64,000 nucleotides of DNA from a virus (IMGVR_UViG_3300029288_000071:1-64000), one strand, 5' to 3'. Positions 38,675 through 48,441 are shown, numbered from the stretch's first letter. Translations and numbers: made by a program. Notes: generated by a model not told the origin, from the sequence alone.

Positions 38675-40125
38675 TTATATTCTCCTCTTTGCATAAGATG
38701 AACATTACCATGTTTTAAAACTTGTTTTATATAATCTGGATTTGTATTATAAACTATCCAATTTACTTCTTTTGGCCGAATTGGAGGTGTAGTATAACTT
38801 GCACATCCATCAGTGAAAATAAAAATTGAATCATATTTTGATCTTACTTTATTATATAAAGTAATTACAGGTTCAAAATCAGTTCCACCACCTATATGAC
38901 AAGACATTCCTCTCTTAAATGGACGTGGTGCTTGATCTGAAGTTTTATTATCATAATATTTTCCTGATGCATCTAAAATTTCATCATTAAAAAATATAAT
39001 ATCAAATTTTGCATAGCGTTGAAGGTTATTTAAATGCGCACAAAAATCATTGTAAAGTGGTTTATCAATAGATCCAGATACATCAATTGCAACTAAAACT
39101 TTATGACCAACTTGCTGTCTTCTTTTTCCAGGAAATTGTAAACCATATCTTCGATTAGGAATTTTCCGAGTAAGTAAAGGAAGAATTGTAAATCCATGAA
39201 CTGAAGCATGTTTAGTTTGTCTCATCCATCCTGGAGTTTTCTTTTGAACACCTACATTTAGAACAACTGTATCTGATGTTGTATGACCAACTCCAGCTGG
39301 ACTCTCAACAAAAATATCTAAACCAGTTTGTGTTTTTATGTCTGATTTTGTTTTTTCTTCTTTTTCTTTTTCAGTCTCTTCATCTCCACCTTCACCCTCC
39401 TTTTTTTCTTTTTTATCAGGTGCAGGTATTGGAACAATAGAATTTCCTTTAATTACTTGTCCTGTTTTTTCATCAACTTCAACCCAATTACCATGACTAC
39501 CAATTCCCAAATCTTTGAATAATTTTCCCAAAGCATCAGCTAAAGCTTTTGCGTCTTTATAATTTTTCATCATTTTATCAATGATTGCTTTGTAGTAAAA
39601 TTCTGCATTTTGATTGGGAGGTAATTGTAGTTCTTTGTTTTCAGGAAATAAACCACCATGCCATTTTTTTGCTTCTTTATCTTGAAGTAAATCACGAATC
39701 ATTTGGTTAATTGCAAGATCACCAGCAATATTCCAAGCTTCAGCTTTTACTCTATCTTCATCTTCTTTTATAGCTAATTTCCCTCCAATAATCATTTTAG
39801 ATTTATATTCAGGAGTACGTGAAGTTGTATGATCTAAAATAATGTGCAAAGCTTCATGAAGAAGAACTCCCTTAAGTTGCTTATCAGTGAGTTCATCAAT
39901 GAAGTTTGGATTCCACATCATTTCATATTTACCTGTGAGTTCATTGGTAGTATCATAGAGTGGAGTTACACCTAATGTAGGACAAATTTTTTCATCATCA
40001 ACAATAATCATGTCAATGAAGTCAAAAATTTTATAGAGTTTTGGATATTCAGCATAGAGTTCAGCTCTATTAACTGCAACTCTAATATTTTGTTTGCTGT
40101 AATCTTTTTTCCAAATGGCTGCCAT
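38671..40125 (-). CDS. DUF2201-type metallopeptidase plus vWA domain (MoxR partner)
   Basis: HEALH..L.H; WNIAGDLAINQ; MIDAS DVSGS; GGGTDF; FTDG. Confidence 0.85.
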   Translation of the reverse strand: MAAIWKKDYSKQNIRVAVNRAELYAEYPKLYKIFDFIDMIIVDDEKICPTLGVTPLYDTTNELTGKYEMMWNPNFIDELTDKQLKGVLLHEALHIILDHTTSRTPEYKSKMIIGGKLAIKEDEDRVKAEAWNIAGDLAINQMIRDLLQDKEAKKWHGGLFPENKELQLPPNQNAEFYYKAIIDKMMKNYKDAKALADALGKLFKDLGIGSHGNWVEVDEKTGQVIKGNSIVPIPAPDKKEKKEGEGGDEETEKEKEEKTKSDIKTQTGLDIFVESPAGVGHTTSDTVVLNVGVQKKTPGWMRQTKHASVHGFTILPLLTRKIPNRRYGLQFPGKRRQQVGHKVLVAIDVSGSIDKPLYNDFCAHLNNLQRYAKFDIIFFNDEILDASGKYYDNKTSDQAPRPFKRGMSCHIGGGTDFEPVITLYNKVRSKYDSIFIFTDGCASYTTPPIRPKEVNWIVYNTNPDYIKQVLKHGNVHLMQRGEYN

Positions 40126-40153
40126 ATTACTCCTTATTATAATATGATAGTTA

Positions 40154-40182
40154 AATCTAATACTTTAAGTAGTTAAAGTAAA
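40154..40182 (-). promoter_or_regulatory. Early promoter
   Basis: TTTACT-N17-TAGATT. Confidence 0.75.
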
Positions 40183-40387
40183 CATTTGGCAAAAATTAAT
40201 TATCTCCATATTTTATTACAGCAACAACAACTCCTGTGATAATTAGAGCTATCCCTAAAATACCTAAAGTCCAACTATGAATTATATCAATAGTAAGACC
40301 AAAACATAATACACCAAAAACTACAATTGTAACTGGATGTATAAAAAAATTTTTAAGTTGTTCATTTGTCATGATTAATTTTCTTTC

Positions 40388-40606
40388 TTATAATAAATCC
40401 TCAAACATAGGACCTGGTTCTCTATCAGTATAATATTCTTCATCTTCTAATGCTGTAATTATACAGCGATCCATTGTTTGAGGATATTTTGGATGTTGGT
40501 TGTCACATTTTATTATGGTACAAGCTGTAAACTCGCCCTTTGCTTTACGGTCTAGTTTTGTCAGTAATGTTTGAAGATTACGTCTTGATAAAAATATTTG
40601 TTCCAT
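40388..40606 (-). CDS. Hypothetical protein
   Basis: LSRRNL.TLL.KLD. Confidence 0.65.
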   Translation of the reverse strand: MEQIFLSRRNLQTLLTKLDRKAKGEFTACTIIKCDNQHPKYPQTMDRCIITALEDEEYYTDREPGPMFEDLL

Positions 40607-40608
40607 AA

Positions 40609-41001
40609 TTATTCTGTAGCTTTTTCAGTTATTACAGGAGCTTGAAAAGGTAAAATTACCGCTGAAGGAGCTGGAATAACTAAAGCTTTCACAACACTTT
40701 CAGTTATTTCTTGAGCTAAATGATGTCCATTACCGGTGTAAGAACCTTTAGCTTCTCGATCTTCGCAAATTCCTACAGTTGCAGCATATACTTTATTATC
40801 AAGATCTGCTTTGTTTTCAATAGGAATTAAAAAAGAAGAGACTGAAGGATTTTCTTTTAAATGTTCTTGTACTGCTGCTTCCATTGAATCAGCAAGTTTA
40901 CCAATTTCTGTAGCATCAATCTTAACTCCACTTGCCATTACAGCACTTGAAATCCGTTGACGCAAAGTTAATTTTGGATTTGAAAATCGATCTGCACCCA
41001 T
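40609..41001 (-). CDS. Hypothetical protein
   Basis: ORF track. Confidence 0.6.
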   Translation of the reverse strand: MGADRFSNPKLTLRQRISSAVMASGVKIDATEIGKLADSMEAAVQEHLKENPSVSSFLIPIENKADLDNKVYAATVGICEDREAKGSYTGNGHHLAQEITESVVKALVIPAPSAVILPFQAPVITEKATE

Positions 41002-41207
41002 TATAAGATCCTTTCATTGTATAATAATGTGAATTTATAGTTTTTGAAAATAGTCTTTTTAAAATCAATAATTTTCCAACCTTGCTTTAAGTAATAATAT
41101 CGCATAAAATCTTGAATAGCTTCTAAATTTTTGCCACTTAAGATTCGAAAAACTTTGCCCTTCTTTGTTTTTCTTGTAATTTTAATTTCTTTTTTGATGG
41201 ATTTCAT
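41001..41207 (-). CDS. Hypothetical basic protein
   Basis: GAGGA SD. Confidence 0.5.
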   Translation of the reverse strand: MKSIKKEIKITRKTKKGKVFRILSGKNLEAIQDFMRYYYLKQGWKIIDFKKTIFKNYKFTLLYNERIL

Positions 41208-41217
41208 TCTTTCCTCT

Positions 41218-41511
41218 CTATTCAGAACGTATTACTTTAATTTTTTGATAGGCTTGAGTCCAGCCACTTTTTTCTGATAAAGTAATCTTACATTTGAGAT
41301 CTTTCCATAATGGTGGAGCACTATTACAGCTACTACAATAAGAAAAAGATTCTAACCCGTGCGCATTTGATTCAAAAATAATAGTATAAGTACTTGATTG
41401 CAGTATTAGATCTCTTACAATTCCAACTCTTTCAATAGGAGGTTCTGGTTTTACTTCGCTACAACATTGAAATAGGAAAATAGAAAATATTATTAAAATT
41501 AAATTTTTCAT
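41218..41511 (-). CDS. Putative lipoprotein
   Basis: MKNLILIIFSIFLFQC signal with Cys. Confidence 0.55.
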   Translation of the reverse strand: MKNLILIIFSIFLFQCCSEVKPEPPIERVGIVRDLILQSSTYTIIFESNAHGLESFSYCSSCNSAPPLWKDLKCKITLSEKSGWTQAYQKIKVIRSE

Positions 41512-41512
41512 T

Positions 41513-41875
41513 TTAATTTCCTTTTATTGATTCAACTTTAATTATGTAAGGCAATTCTTGCATAAACCAATTTTGATATCTTTTTCCTTTTGTGGTAATT
41601 CTATATTTTTGTCCCTCTTTTAATTGACCAAACAAATCATCTGCATTCCAAATTCCCAATAAAATACCATTATCAACTTCAAAAGATCCTTTGTCAGTTA
41701 CTACAACATAGTAAGATTCTGGATTATCTTTTGTTCCACCAACATCTACATAAGCTCTAGATACTGTAACATCTAAAATTTCTGTTGGGCCAAAACCTCC
41801 AATCCCGATAATACTTGGAATTACAAAACCAAACAAAAAAATTGCTATTAAGATACAAGCTATGTAAGTTTTCAT
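41513..41875 (-). CDS. Membrane-anchored phage protein
   Basis: TM; VVTDKGSFEVDN...LKEGQKY. Confidence 0.65.
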   Translation of the reverse strand: MKTYIACILIAIFLFGFVIPSIIGIGGFGPTEILDVTVSRAYVDVGGTKDNPESYYVVVTDKGSFEVDNGILLGIWNADDLFGQLKEGQKYRITTKGKRYQNWFMQELPYIIKVESIKGN

Positions 41876-41995
41876 TTAGTGTTTTTGTTGCATAACCAGC
41901 AGAAACAGCACGAGAAGTTCTACTTGCTATTGAATAACTACTACGACCCATTTTAAATTTCCTTTCATTTAAAATACAAAGTTGTGGATAAGTCT

Positions 41996-42024
41996 ATATT
42001 AATATTTTTTTCTATTAAAGTAAA
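41996..42024 (-). promoter_or_regulatory. Early promoter
   Basis: TTTACT-N17-TAATAT. Confidence 0.6.
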
Positions 42025-42121
42025 TAACAAAAACTGATAGGCAGAGCCTTCTTTTTAAATTTAATGGTTACCTATCAGTTGTCTTATCTTCTATTCTATC
42101 TAATTCTATTAACTAATATTT

Positions 42122-42194
42122 TGAGATTTATGTTTTATCGGCATTGCCGCAATCCTACAAATCCATCTCTTTCTGGAATCATAGATTTGTCTCT
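42122..42194 (-). ncRNA. Structured repeat element, copy B
   Basis: GACAAATCTA...TAGGATTG-CGGC-AAT-GCCG-ATAAAACATAAATC. Confidence 0.6.
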
Positions 42195-42220
42195 TTTATA
42201 TTCTCTTTATTATTTCTCTC

Positions 42221-42424
42221 TTAATTTTTATTTATAGTCTTTCGACTCTCGCTACCACATTGGCTTACTTCTCCTTTCTTTGTTTCACTTATCCATACAG
42301 CTATAGTTTTCCAATATTCAATTTTGTTCCACAATATTGGTGCACATTGTATAATTTTTTCATTTTCAATAACAAATCCTGCACAGATATCTTTATAACA
42401 AATTCTATAAAGACCATCTTTCAT
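42221..42424 (-). CDS. Hypothetical protein
   Basis: GLYR......CAGFVI......CAPIL. Confidence 0.6.
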   Translation of the reverse strand: MKDGLYRICYKDICAGFVIENEKIIQCAPILWNKIEYWKTIAVWISETKKGEVSQCGSESRKTINKN

Positions 42425-42430
42425 ACTTCT

Positions 42431-42805
42431 TTAAAATCCTTCATTAGCATATAATTCTTCAAGATCTTTTAAATTGCTAGGTGTATATTGATCCATTATC
42501 ATTGAAACTAATACTAAAGTTTTACTAGTAGAAAAAATATCAGGAAGATCTGTTTCTCCTTCATCACTTTCAGCTAGAATTTCATATACATTTCCCGTGT
42601 GTCCATGTTGAATAAGAAAATCTATCATTTTCTTACTAGTGATATGAGCATAGACATTTCCTTCTCTTTCTTGACCTTCTAATTCAACTAAATATTTAGT
42701 ATTACTGAGTTCTTTAGAATCTATTTCTTCTAAAGTAGTTTTTGCAGCAATACAAGCAAATGAGCTTGAACTAGAGTTACTAACAAAACCGAGTCGAGTT
42801 TTCAT
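42431..42805 (-). CDS. SNSS-leader family protein 1
   Basis: MKTRLGFVSNSSSSSF. Confidence 0.75.
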   Translation of the reverse strand: MKTRLGFVSNSSSSSFACIAAKTTLEEIDSKELSNTKYLVELEGQEREGNVYAHITSKKMIDFLIQHGHTGNVYEILAESDEGETDLPDIFSTSKTLVLVSMIMDQYTPSNLKDLEELYANEGF

Positions 42806-42841
42806 AAAATTCTCTCCTTTAATTTATATTTTTTAATTTCA

Positions 42842-43192
42842 TTATCCATCTCTCCAAGCTTCTTCAATAGTCCCAAATCTATTTTCTTCAATTTGATTAT
42901 CAAAAAGTTTATTTACTTCTTCTTTTACTCTTTGTTTAAATTGTGCTCCTGTTTCATTATCCTCTATTGAAGAATATGCTTGACCAATATAAAAGCAGTC
43001 AGAATATTCGCTACCATCAATAAAATAGAGCGATATATCTTTGTTTTTAGATTCTTCTTCTATTGCTTCATAAATACCTTCAGTATCAGGCAAATTTAAT
43101 ATTGTTTTGATTTCATTTGGATCTATGCTTATTCCATAGATACAAAATGATGTTGTACTGCTATTTGATATAAATCCTTTACGTGTTTTCAT
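42842..43192 (-). CDS. SNSS-leader family protein 2
   Basis: MKTRKGFISNSSTTSF; start moved to 43192 (AAGGAG SD). Confidence 0.75.
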   Translation of the reverse strand: MKTRKGFISNSSTTSFCIYGISIDPNEIKTILNLPDTEGIYEAIEEESKNKDISLYFIDGSEYSDCFYIGQAYSSIEDNETGAQFKQRVKEEVNKLFDNQIEENRFGTIEEAWRDG

Positions 43193-43193
43193 T

Positions 43194-43511
43194 TTAGCAA
43201 CTCCTTGTTCCACAATAAATTTTTATTTTTTCTGTGAAACCCAAATCTTTTAAAGTTTGAGTTAACTTTTCAATATTTATTTCATCTATTTCCATTTCTT
43301 TACCTTCAAAAGCATCCTCACCATCTACAATAACTTTTCCAATAAAGCAATATGATCCATCATCAGTTAAAATTTCTAGCTTTGTTTTTTCTATTTTTTG
43401 TATAAATTCATCAAAGTCATCATCTTCATTTTTTGATAATTGATGCTTTATTCCAAGAATAGCAAAAGATGATGAACTACTATTTGATATAAATCCATTT
43501 CTTGCTTTCAT
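43194..43511 (-). CDS. SNSS-leader family protein 3
   Basis: MKARNGFISNSSSSSF. Confidence 0.75.
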   Translation of the reverse strand: MKARNGFISNSSSSSFAILGIKHQLSKNEDDDFDEFIQKIEKTKLEILTDDGSYCFIGKVIVDGEDAFEGKEMEIDEINIEKLTQTLKDLGFTEKIKIYCGTRSC

Positions 43512-43576
43512 AATTATTTCCTAAGAGATATTTGGAACTTACAATTCTAATAAATCAAGTACATATTCATTGCATT

Positions 43577-43762
43577 TCATTTTCGTATTTCTCTATAAAT
43601 AAATAAAACAGGCCACAACAACAATAGAAGTATAGAAACTATTGCTATTAAATGTTTATTACTCTGTTCATGAGTATTACTTGCAGCACTAAAGATTAGA
43701 GCGACAATAGTGCCAATACAAAGATAGATAACTATACCAAAAGCTATAATAAAATTGTTCAT
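43577..43762 (-). CDS. Two-TM small protein
   Basis: Hydrophobic; LWP motif. Confidence 0.55.
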   Translation of the reverse strand: MNNFIIAFGIVIYLCIGTIVALIFSAASNTHEQSNKHLIAIVSILLLLLWPVLFIYREIRK

Positions 43763-43953
43763 AATGAAATTGCTTTTCCTCTTTTTTGATTACAATGAGG
43801 GCAAACTTCAAATACCCATTTAGTTTTACCACATTCACAAATTGTATTCTCAGGACATCCAATACTACATTCATAAACATGAATGTCTTCAAAGCATTTT
43901 TCAAATGGAATTTTTCCATCAGAACTCCATCTTATACTTCGTAAATCGGACAT
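43759..43953 (-). CDS. Small Cys-rich protein
   Basis: CECG...CPHC. Confidence 0.5.
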   Translation of the reverse strand: MSDLRSIRWSSDGKIPFEKCFEDIHVYECSIGCPENTICECGKTKWVFEVCPHCNQKRGKAISL

Positions 43954-45002
43954 TCTCTATTCCTTTTTAATAGACTATTTCTAAATTCAACTGTTTTTGG
44001 ATTAAACCAAACATCTTTACTAAAATCAGTTTCTGAAGTAATCTGTAATCCTTCTTCCCAATTTTGACATCCTTCACAAAAAGAACAAGGACTGTATTTT
44101 CCCTCTACATTAATATATGCAGAGAACAAAGAAGATTCACATCTTTCAGATATTTGTAATAATTGCTTTTCATTTTCTAGTCCAACAATACTATTATCAA
44201 ATTTAACTGCAGAACAACTATCAAAACCAAAATTGATATCATTTTTTAAACAATATTCTACTAATGATTTAAATTGTTCATTAGTAACAGAAGTATAGTT
44301 ATTCTGAATAGCTCTTCCTTTTTTCTTTAAACTTAAAAATACTATTGCATTTAATTTAGATAAGCGAGTATCAGTTTTAATATCTTTCAAAACTTTAAAT
44401 GCTTCATCATACGTCTGTTGAGATAGAAAATAATGTATATTTGTTTGTTTTAATCCTTTATCAGATAACATTTTTACAGCATTATAACATTCATCAATAT
44501 CATAATATGAAACAGCACAAGCACCAATATACTTTAACATTTCATCAGCTTGATTTTCTGTTATTCGTCCATTAATAGTGATGTTGGGAATTAATCCAAT
44601 TTCTCGAGTATACTTTAGAATTTCAAATAATTCTGGATTGCCTGAAATATCTCCAATTCCATAAGCTACTTGACAAATTGAATGTTTTACTTTTGGTAAG
44701 ATTATTTTAACTTGCTCTAAAGACATGTTTTTGCCTAATGCTTTATTGTCTTTATAGCAAAATTTGCAACCCCTTTTACAGACTTCAGAAATTTCCATAT
44801 CAAGAATTTCAGGACCAAACATTGAAAATTCTGGATCTTGTTCTTTTGTATTACCCCATCTCTGAAAGAATCCATTTCTTTTATCAAAAGTATAATTGTA
44901 ATTTTTACTTTTAACAATTTTCATTTTATCAGTATCAATAACAAGAAATTTTTCCAAAAACAACTCCTTTTCTACAAACGTTTTTTTATTTAATATCATC
45001 AA
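43932..45002 (-). CDS. Radical SAM enzyme with Cys-rich C-terminal (twitch/SPASM-like) region
   Basis: CKRGCKFC (CxxxCxxC); CES...YIN..G...PCSF; terminal CP.Y. True start may be slightly downstream. Confidence 0.85.
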   Translation of the reverse strand: MMILNKKTFVEKELFLEKFLVIDTDKMKIVKSKNYNYTFDKRNGFFQRWGNTKEQDPEFSMFGPEILDMEISEVCKRGCKFCYKDNKALGKNMSLEQVKIILPKVKHSICQVAYGIGDISGNPELFEILKYTREIGLIPNITINGRITENQADEMLKYIGACAVSYYDIDECYNAVKMLSDKGLKQTNIHYFLSQQTYDEAFKVLKDIKTDTRLSKLNAIVFLSLKKKGRAIQNNYTSVTNEQFKSLVEYCLKNDINFGFDSCSAVKFDNSIVGLENEKQLLQISERCESSLFSAYINVEGKYSPCSFCEGCQNWEEGLQITSETDFSKDVWFNPKTVEFRNSLLKRNRECPIYEV

Positions 45003-45008
45003 AAAATT

Positions 45009-45551
45009 TCATAATTTTATAAAAGGGCCTTCAGAATCTCGTTTAGAAAGTATGGGAGGCTTTATTGTAATATTCCAATCAATATTTAATTTTGGATCAT
45101 TCCAAGCTACAGTAAATTGTTTTTCTTGTCCTTCATAATAAGTTGATTGTTTATAATGAAATATACAATGTGAAGACATACAATAATGACCATTTGCAAA
45201 CAAAGGTGGAATTAAAACTTGATGGTTGTTAGTTTCATTTAAGATAAACTCTTGATATTGACCATAAGTTTTTGAAGTTTGATTACAATCAACAATAATA
45301 AGTTTGAACTCACCATGTAAACATGAAACTAATTTCCAAGTAGTTTGATCTCCATGTAATCCTCTTAAAACATTCCATCTTGAATATGAAATATCATCTT
45401 GAACAAACTTAATTTGTGGAATATTTAATTGTGATAAAATATCAACAAAATCACTTTCATTAAATGTTTCAACATATTTTCCACGATGATCAATAAATTG
45501 TTTGGGCTTAATTAATAAAGCATTTTTAAATATAGTTTTTTCAAAGTTCAT
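45009..45551 (-). CDS. rfbC: dTDP-4-dehydrorhamnose 3,5-epimerase
   Basis: D.RG...ETF, FVQD..S.S...VLRGLH, KLV.C..G, WNDP.L.IDW, LS.RD. Confidence 0.9.
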   Translation of the reverse strand: MNFEKTIFKNALLIKPKQFIDHRGKYVETFNESDFVDILSQLNIPQIKFVQDDISYSRWNVLRGLHGDQTTWKLVSCLHGEFKLIIVDCNQTSKTYGQYQEFILNETNNHQVLIPPLFANGHYCMSSHCIFHYKQSTYYEGQEKQFTVAWNDPKLNIDWNITIKPPILSKRDSEGPFIKL

Positions 45552-45877
45552 TTATTATTTTCCAAAGCTTCAGCTTGAATTTTAAGATCTTTTACTAAAA
45601 TGTGTTTTCTAAGTTGTTCATATTGTTTTTTAGTAACAAATTTCTTTTCATCATACCATTGAGTAATATCATAAAGCATTGCTAATTTTGAAAAATGACC
45701 AGATTTCTTTGTATCAAGTGCAGTTTTAAGTTCTTCATCAGTTACTAATTGAAAGAATAATTGAAGAGTTTGTTCTTCATCTGGAGTTAACTGTACTTTT
45801 TCAGTTAATCCAGGTTTAGATTTGAATGGATCAAATGGCGGATAAGAAACAGTATTTTTAGTTTTTTGTCTCATCAT
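45548..45877 (-). CDS. Hypothetical protein
   Basis: ORF track. Confidence 0.6.
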   Translation of the reverse strand: MMRQKTKNTVSYPPFDPFKSKPGLTEKVQLTPDEEQTLQLFFQLVTDEELKTALDTKKSGHFSKLAMLYDITQWYDEKKFVTKKQYEQLRKHILVKDLKIQAEALENNK

Positions 45878-46063
45878 TTTTTACTTTAGTACATAAGTAA
45901 TTAATGACCGGTTGTAAACTTCTAGGATTTTTATTTATTTCGCAATTTAACACATCACATCTATGTCCAGTTGAGGACGTCCAATAATAATTCCCATGAG
46001 AATCTTCATGGGGAACATAATCAGTAGGTTCTTCAGGTAATATATGTTCCATAACTTAAGCAT

Positions 46064-46474
46064 TTATTTTGTATTATAAATTTCTGAATAGATAGATTTT
46101 AAATTATCATCAAGATCAAGAATTTCAAATTCATAAAAACGAGGAGATAAATATTTTAAATCTCCAGAAAAAGATCTTGGCACAAATTTTTCTTCATCAA
46201 CATTCTCATAACATTTAATTGCAACTTCAATTGATTTACTCCAAACTGCCCAAATACAATTTTCCCAATCACAATTGCCATCTTTTTTTGCTGCTTTTTC
46301 TAATTCTTCTTTAATTTTGTCAAAGGGAACTACTATTCCAAAAAATTCTTTGCTTTTATCTTGAATTTCAGTAGCTTTTACTAAATGTCCTGCTAGAAAT
46401 TTATCAAAACTTTTAGAAGCTTTAATATCAGTTCGATTCAAAATTGCAGGGTGTCTAAAACCTCTTCTACTCAT
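46064..46474 (-). CDS. Hypothetical protein
   Basis: First gene after promoter. Confidence 0.6.
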   Translation of the reverse strand: MSRRGFRHPAILNRTDIKASKSFDKFLAGHLVKATEIQDKSKEFFGIVVPFDKIKEELEKAAKKDGNCDWENCIWAVWSKSIEVAIKCYENVDEEKFVPRSFSGDLKYLSPRFYEFEILDLDDNLKSIYSEIYNTK

Positions 46475-46490
46475 TTTTTGTTTTCTTTCT

Positions 46491-46519
46491 AATTTATTTA
46501 ATGTTCATTTAACAGTAAA
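46491..46519 (-). promoter_or_regulatory. Early promoter
   Basis: TTTACT-N17-TAAATT. Confidence 0.65.
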
Positions 46520-46533
46520 CAACTTTAGATAAA

Positions 46534-46971
46534 TTATTTTTTAACTCGTTCAATTTGCAATTTTCCATCAGGGAAAACAATAATTAAAGGCTTTCTATGT
46601 TTTCGAGCAGCTCTAATTGTTGACCAAGTTCCTGATCTAAGTTTTTCTTTAGATTCAGCTGGAGTTGCTATCATTAAATCTGATTCAACAACTATGTCTT
46701 TATTTCTAATCAAATATTCTTTTGTATCAAGAATTTTATCACCAGGGCAGAATGCTCGTAAAGTAGAGTTTGTTGGAGGGTGAACTACTATAATGACATC
46801 ATCTTTTAGATTGTTTCGGACAAAAAAGTGAAAATCAGTATCGGCTCCAAAACAATCTCCATGATGGACTTCTTCTATTTTATGACCAGATAAACTTGAA
46901 AATACTTTGGCCATAGCTTTATTTTGTGCAAAAGTGAAACCTTGTCGATTCCCTGTAAATCCTATCTTCAT
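46534..46971 (-). CDS. SLOG (DprA/YspA-like) nucleotide-binding protein
   Basis: IGFTG.R, HHGDC.GAD, RN..IV...D..IA, SGTW.TIR.A. Confidence 0.75.
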   Translation of the reverse strand: MKIGFTGNRQGFTFAQNKAMAKVFSSLSGHKIEEVHHGDCFGADTDFHFFVRNNLKDDVIIVVHPPTNSTLRAFCPGDKILDTKEYLIRNKDIVVESDLMIATPAESKEKLRSGTWSTIRAARKHRKPLIIVFPDGKLQIERVKK

Positions 46972-47011
46972 GACTTTTGCTCCAATTATCTTTTATTAAT
47001 TTGTTATAGAT

Positions 47012-47040
47012 AATTTAATACTTAACAACTTAACAGTAAA
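47012..47040 (-). promoter_or_regulatory. Early promoter
   Basis: TTTACT-GTTAAGTTGTTAAGTAT-TAAATT. Confidence 0.8.
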
Positions 47041-47063
47041 TAACTGGCCAAAATAAACTCTAT

Positions 47064-47303
47064 TCAAAGGTAGTATTTAGCATATCTTTGATTGGTTAAA
47101 TCCTTCTTTAGAACTGATTTAATCGGATAGTTATCATCTTTCATTTCAGAAATTCGGGCTGCAAGACGTCTGATTTTATAGACTTCTTGGGCTTCTACTT
47201 GAGAAATTCCACGAATTTTAAGATGTTCTAAAATGACATATTTTTGAGTACCTATTGGATAAATATTAAGTATTTTTGATTTCTTTTTCATTTTTTCTTC
47301 CAC
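47064..47303 (-). CDS. Helix-turn-helix protein
   Basis: IL.HL...GIS..EA...Y.I.RLAARI.E. Confidence 0.75.
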   Translation of the reverse strand: MEEKMKKKSKILNIYPIGTQKYVILEHLKIRGISQVEAQEVYKIRRLAARISEMKDDNYPIKSVLKKDLTNQRYAKYYL

Positions 47304-47788
47304 AATATTTCTGTTCTTCTATTGTATTTTCTATTTGTTTCTATATCATTTAAAGCTACAGGTTGTTTTGCTCCAAAACCTTCACCAGAAATAGTACCAA
47401 GACACTTATACTTTGATAATAATTCACATACATTATTTGCTCTTTTATTGGAGAGTTTTAAATTAGTTATTTCTAATCCTGAATTATCAGTATGACCTTT
47501 TACAATTACTATTGATGCTAAATTATGTTGAGCTACATATAGAACTACATTAGAATCTAAAATCTCACTTGAATTAATTTCAAAATATATAATAGAAATA
47601 GTATCAATTAATTTTTGAGATTTAGATGTTTCTAAGTCTCTAATTTTTTTTAAAATTGGATCTTCATATTTATAGTAAGTTTCAGGAGTAGGATCTACTT
47701 CATTAATAAATGCTAAATATAAGAAGTAACCTAAAATAAGTCCAAGAATAGAAAATATTATAATTTGTTGAGTTAATTTTTTATTCAT
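47288..47788 (-). CDS. TM-anchored OmpA-C-like peptidoglycan-binding protein
   Basis: GHTD..G....N..LS.KRA..V; G.G...PVA.N....R..NRR.EI. Confidence 0.85.
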   Translation of the reverse strand: MNKKLTQQIIIFSILGLILGYFLYLAFINEVDPTPETYYKYEDPILKKIRDLETSKSQKLIDTISIIYFEINSSEILDSNVVLYVAQHNLASIVIVKGHTDNSGLEITNLKLSNKRANNVCELLSKYKCLGTISGEGFGAKQPVALNDIETNRKYNRRTEILWKKK

Positions 47789-48441
47789 TTTTTATCAAAG
47801 ATAGTAATAGAAGCAGATGTAGAAGCAATATTTTCTTCTACTTTCTTCAAATCTTTTTTAATATCTTTGTTAAGAAGTTGTTTCATTCTCATCTGTCCTG
47901 CTTTTTCTACATGAGAGTGTTTTATATTTTGTTCTACTTCAGTAGCTTCAGCTTTTAGTTTAATTTGTTCTTTAAGCTTAAAAACTTCATCATAAACTTC
48001 ATTTCGCCGATTTACTAACATTTCTATTAATTCAAGTGCAGAATCAGGATAATTTGTTTTTGCTCCAAAAGCTTCATCCCAATCACCTACATCAAAATTT
48101 GCAGCTGAAAGATTACTATCCATTATTGTAACATCATAATCAATAGTAATTCCTTTAGTTTTAAGATATTTTTTGATTTCTTGATTATTCATAAACCCAT
48201 ACCAATTAACAAGAATAACAAATTTATCTAAAAACTTATTAAGTTTTGCTTCATTATCAGGAGCTGGATATCCTTGTTTCCAAAATATCATGTCAGAAAC
48301 TGCTTCAAATTCTTTTGGTGGGCGGTTAAAAACTTTATCGAAGATACTTCTTAAAGCTTTGAAAATTGTTCTACGAGAATATTGATCTTTTTTGAGGTCG
48401 GCTATTTCGTCTACATTTTTCTCATATTTTTTTGTGTCCAT
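47785..48441 (-). CDS. Hypothetical protein
   Basis: 218-aa ORF. Confidence 0.65.
   Translation of the reverse strand: MDTKKYEKNVDEIADLKKDQYSRRTIFKALRSIFDKVFNRPPKEFEAVSDMIFWKQGYPAPDNEAKLNKFLDKFVILVNWYGFMNNQEIKKYLKTKGITIDYDVTIMDSNLSAANFDVGDWDEAFGAKTNYPDSALELIEMLVNRRNEVYDEVFKLKEQIKLKAEATEVEQNIKHSHVEKAGQMRMKQLLNKDIKKDLKKVEENIASTSASITIFDKK

Noticed and set aside
42122-42194. Hammerhead, twister or c-di-GMP riboswitch identity for the four-copy element
   Set aside because: Core motifs (CUGANGA/GAAA, twister pseudoknot loops, GCAAA/GNRA pattern) are not shared by the copies.
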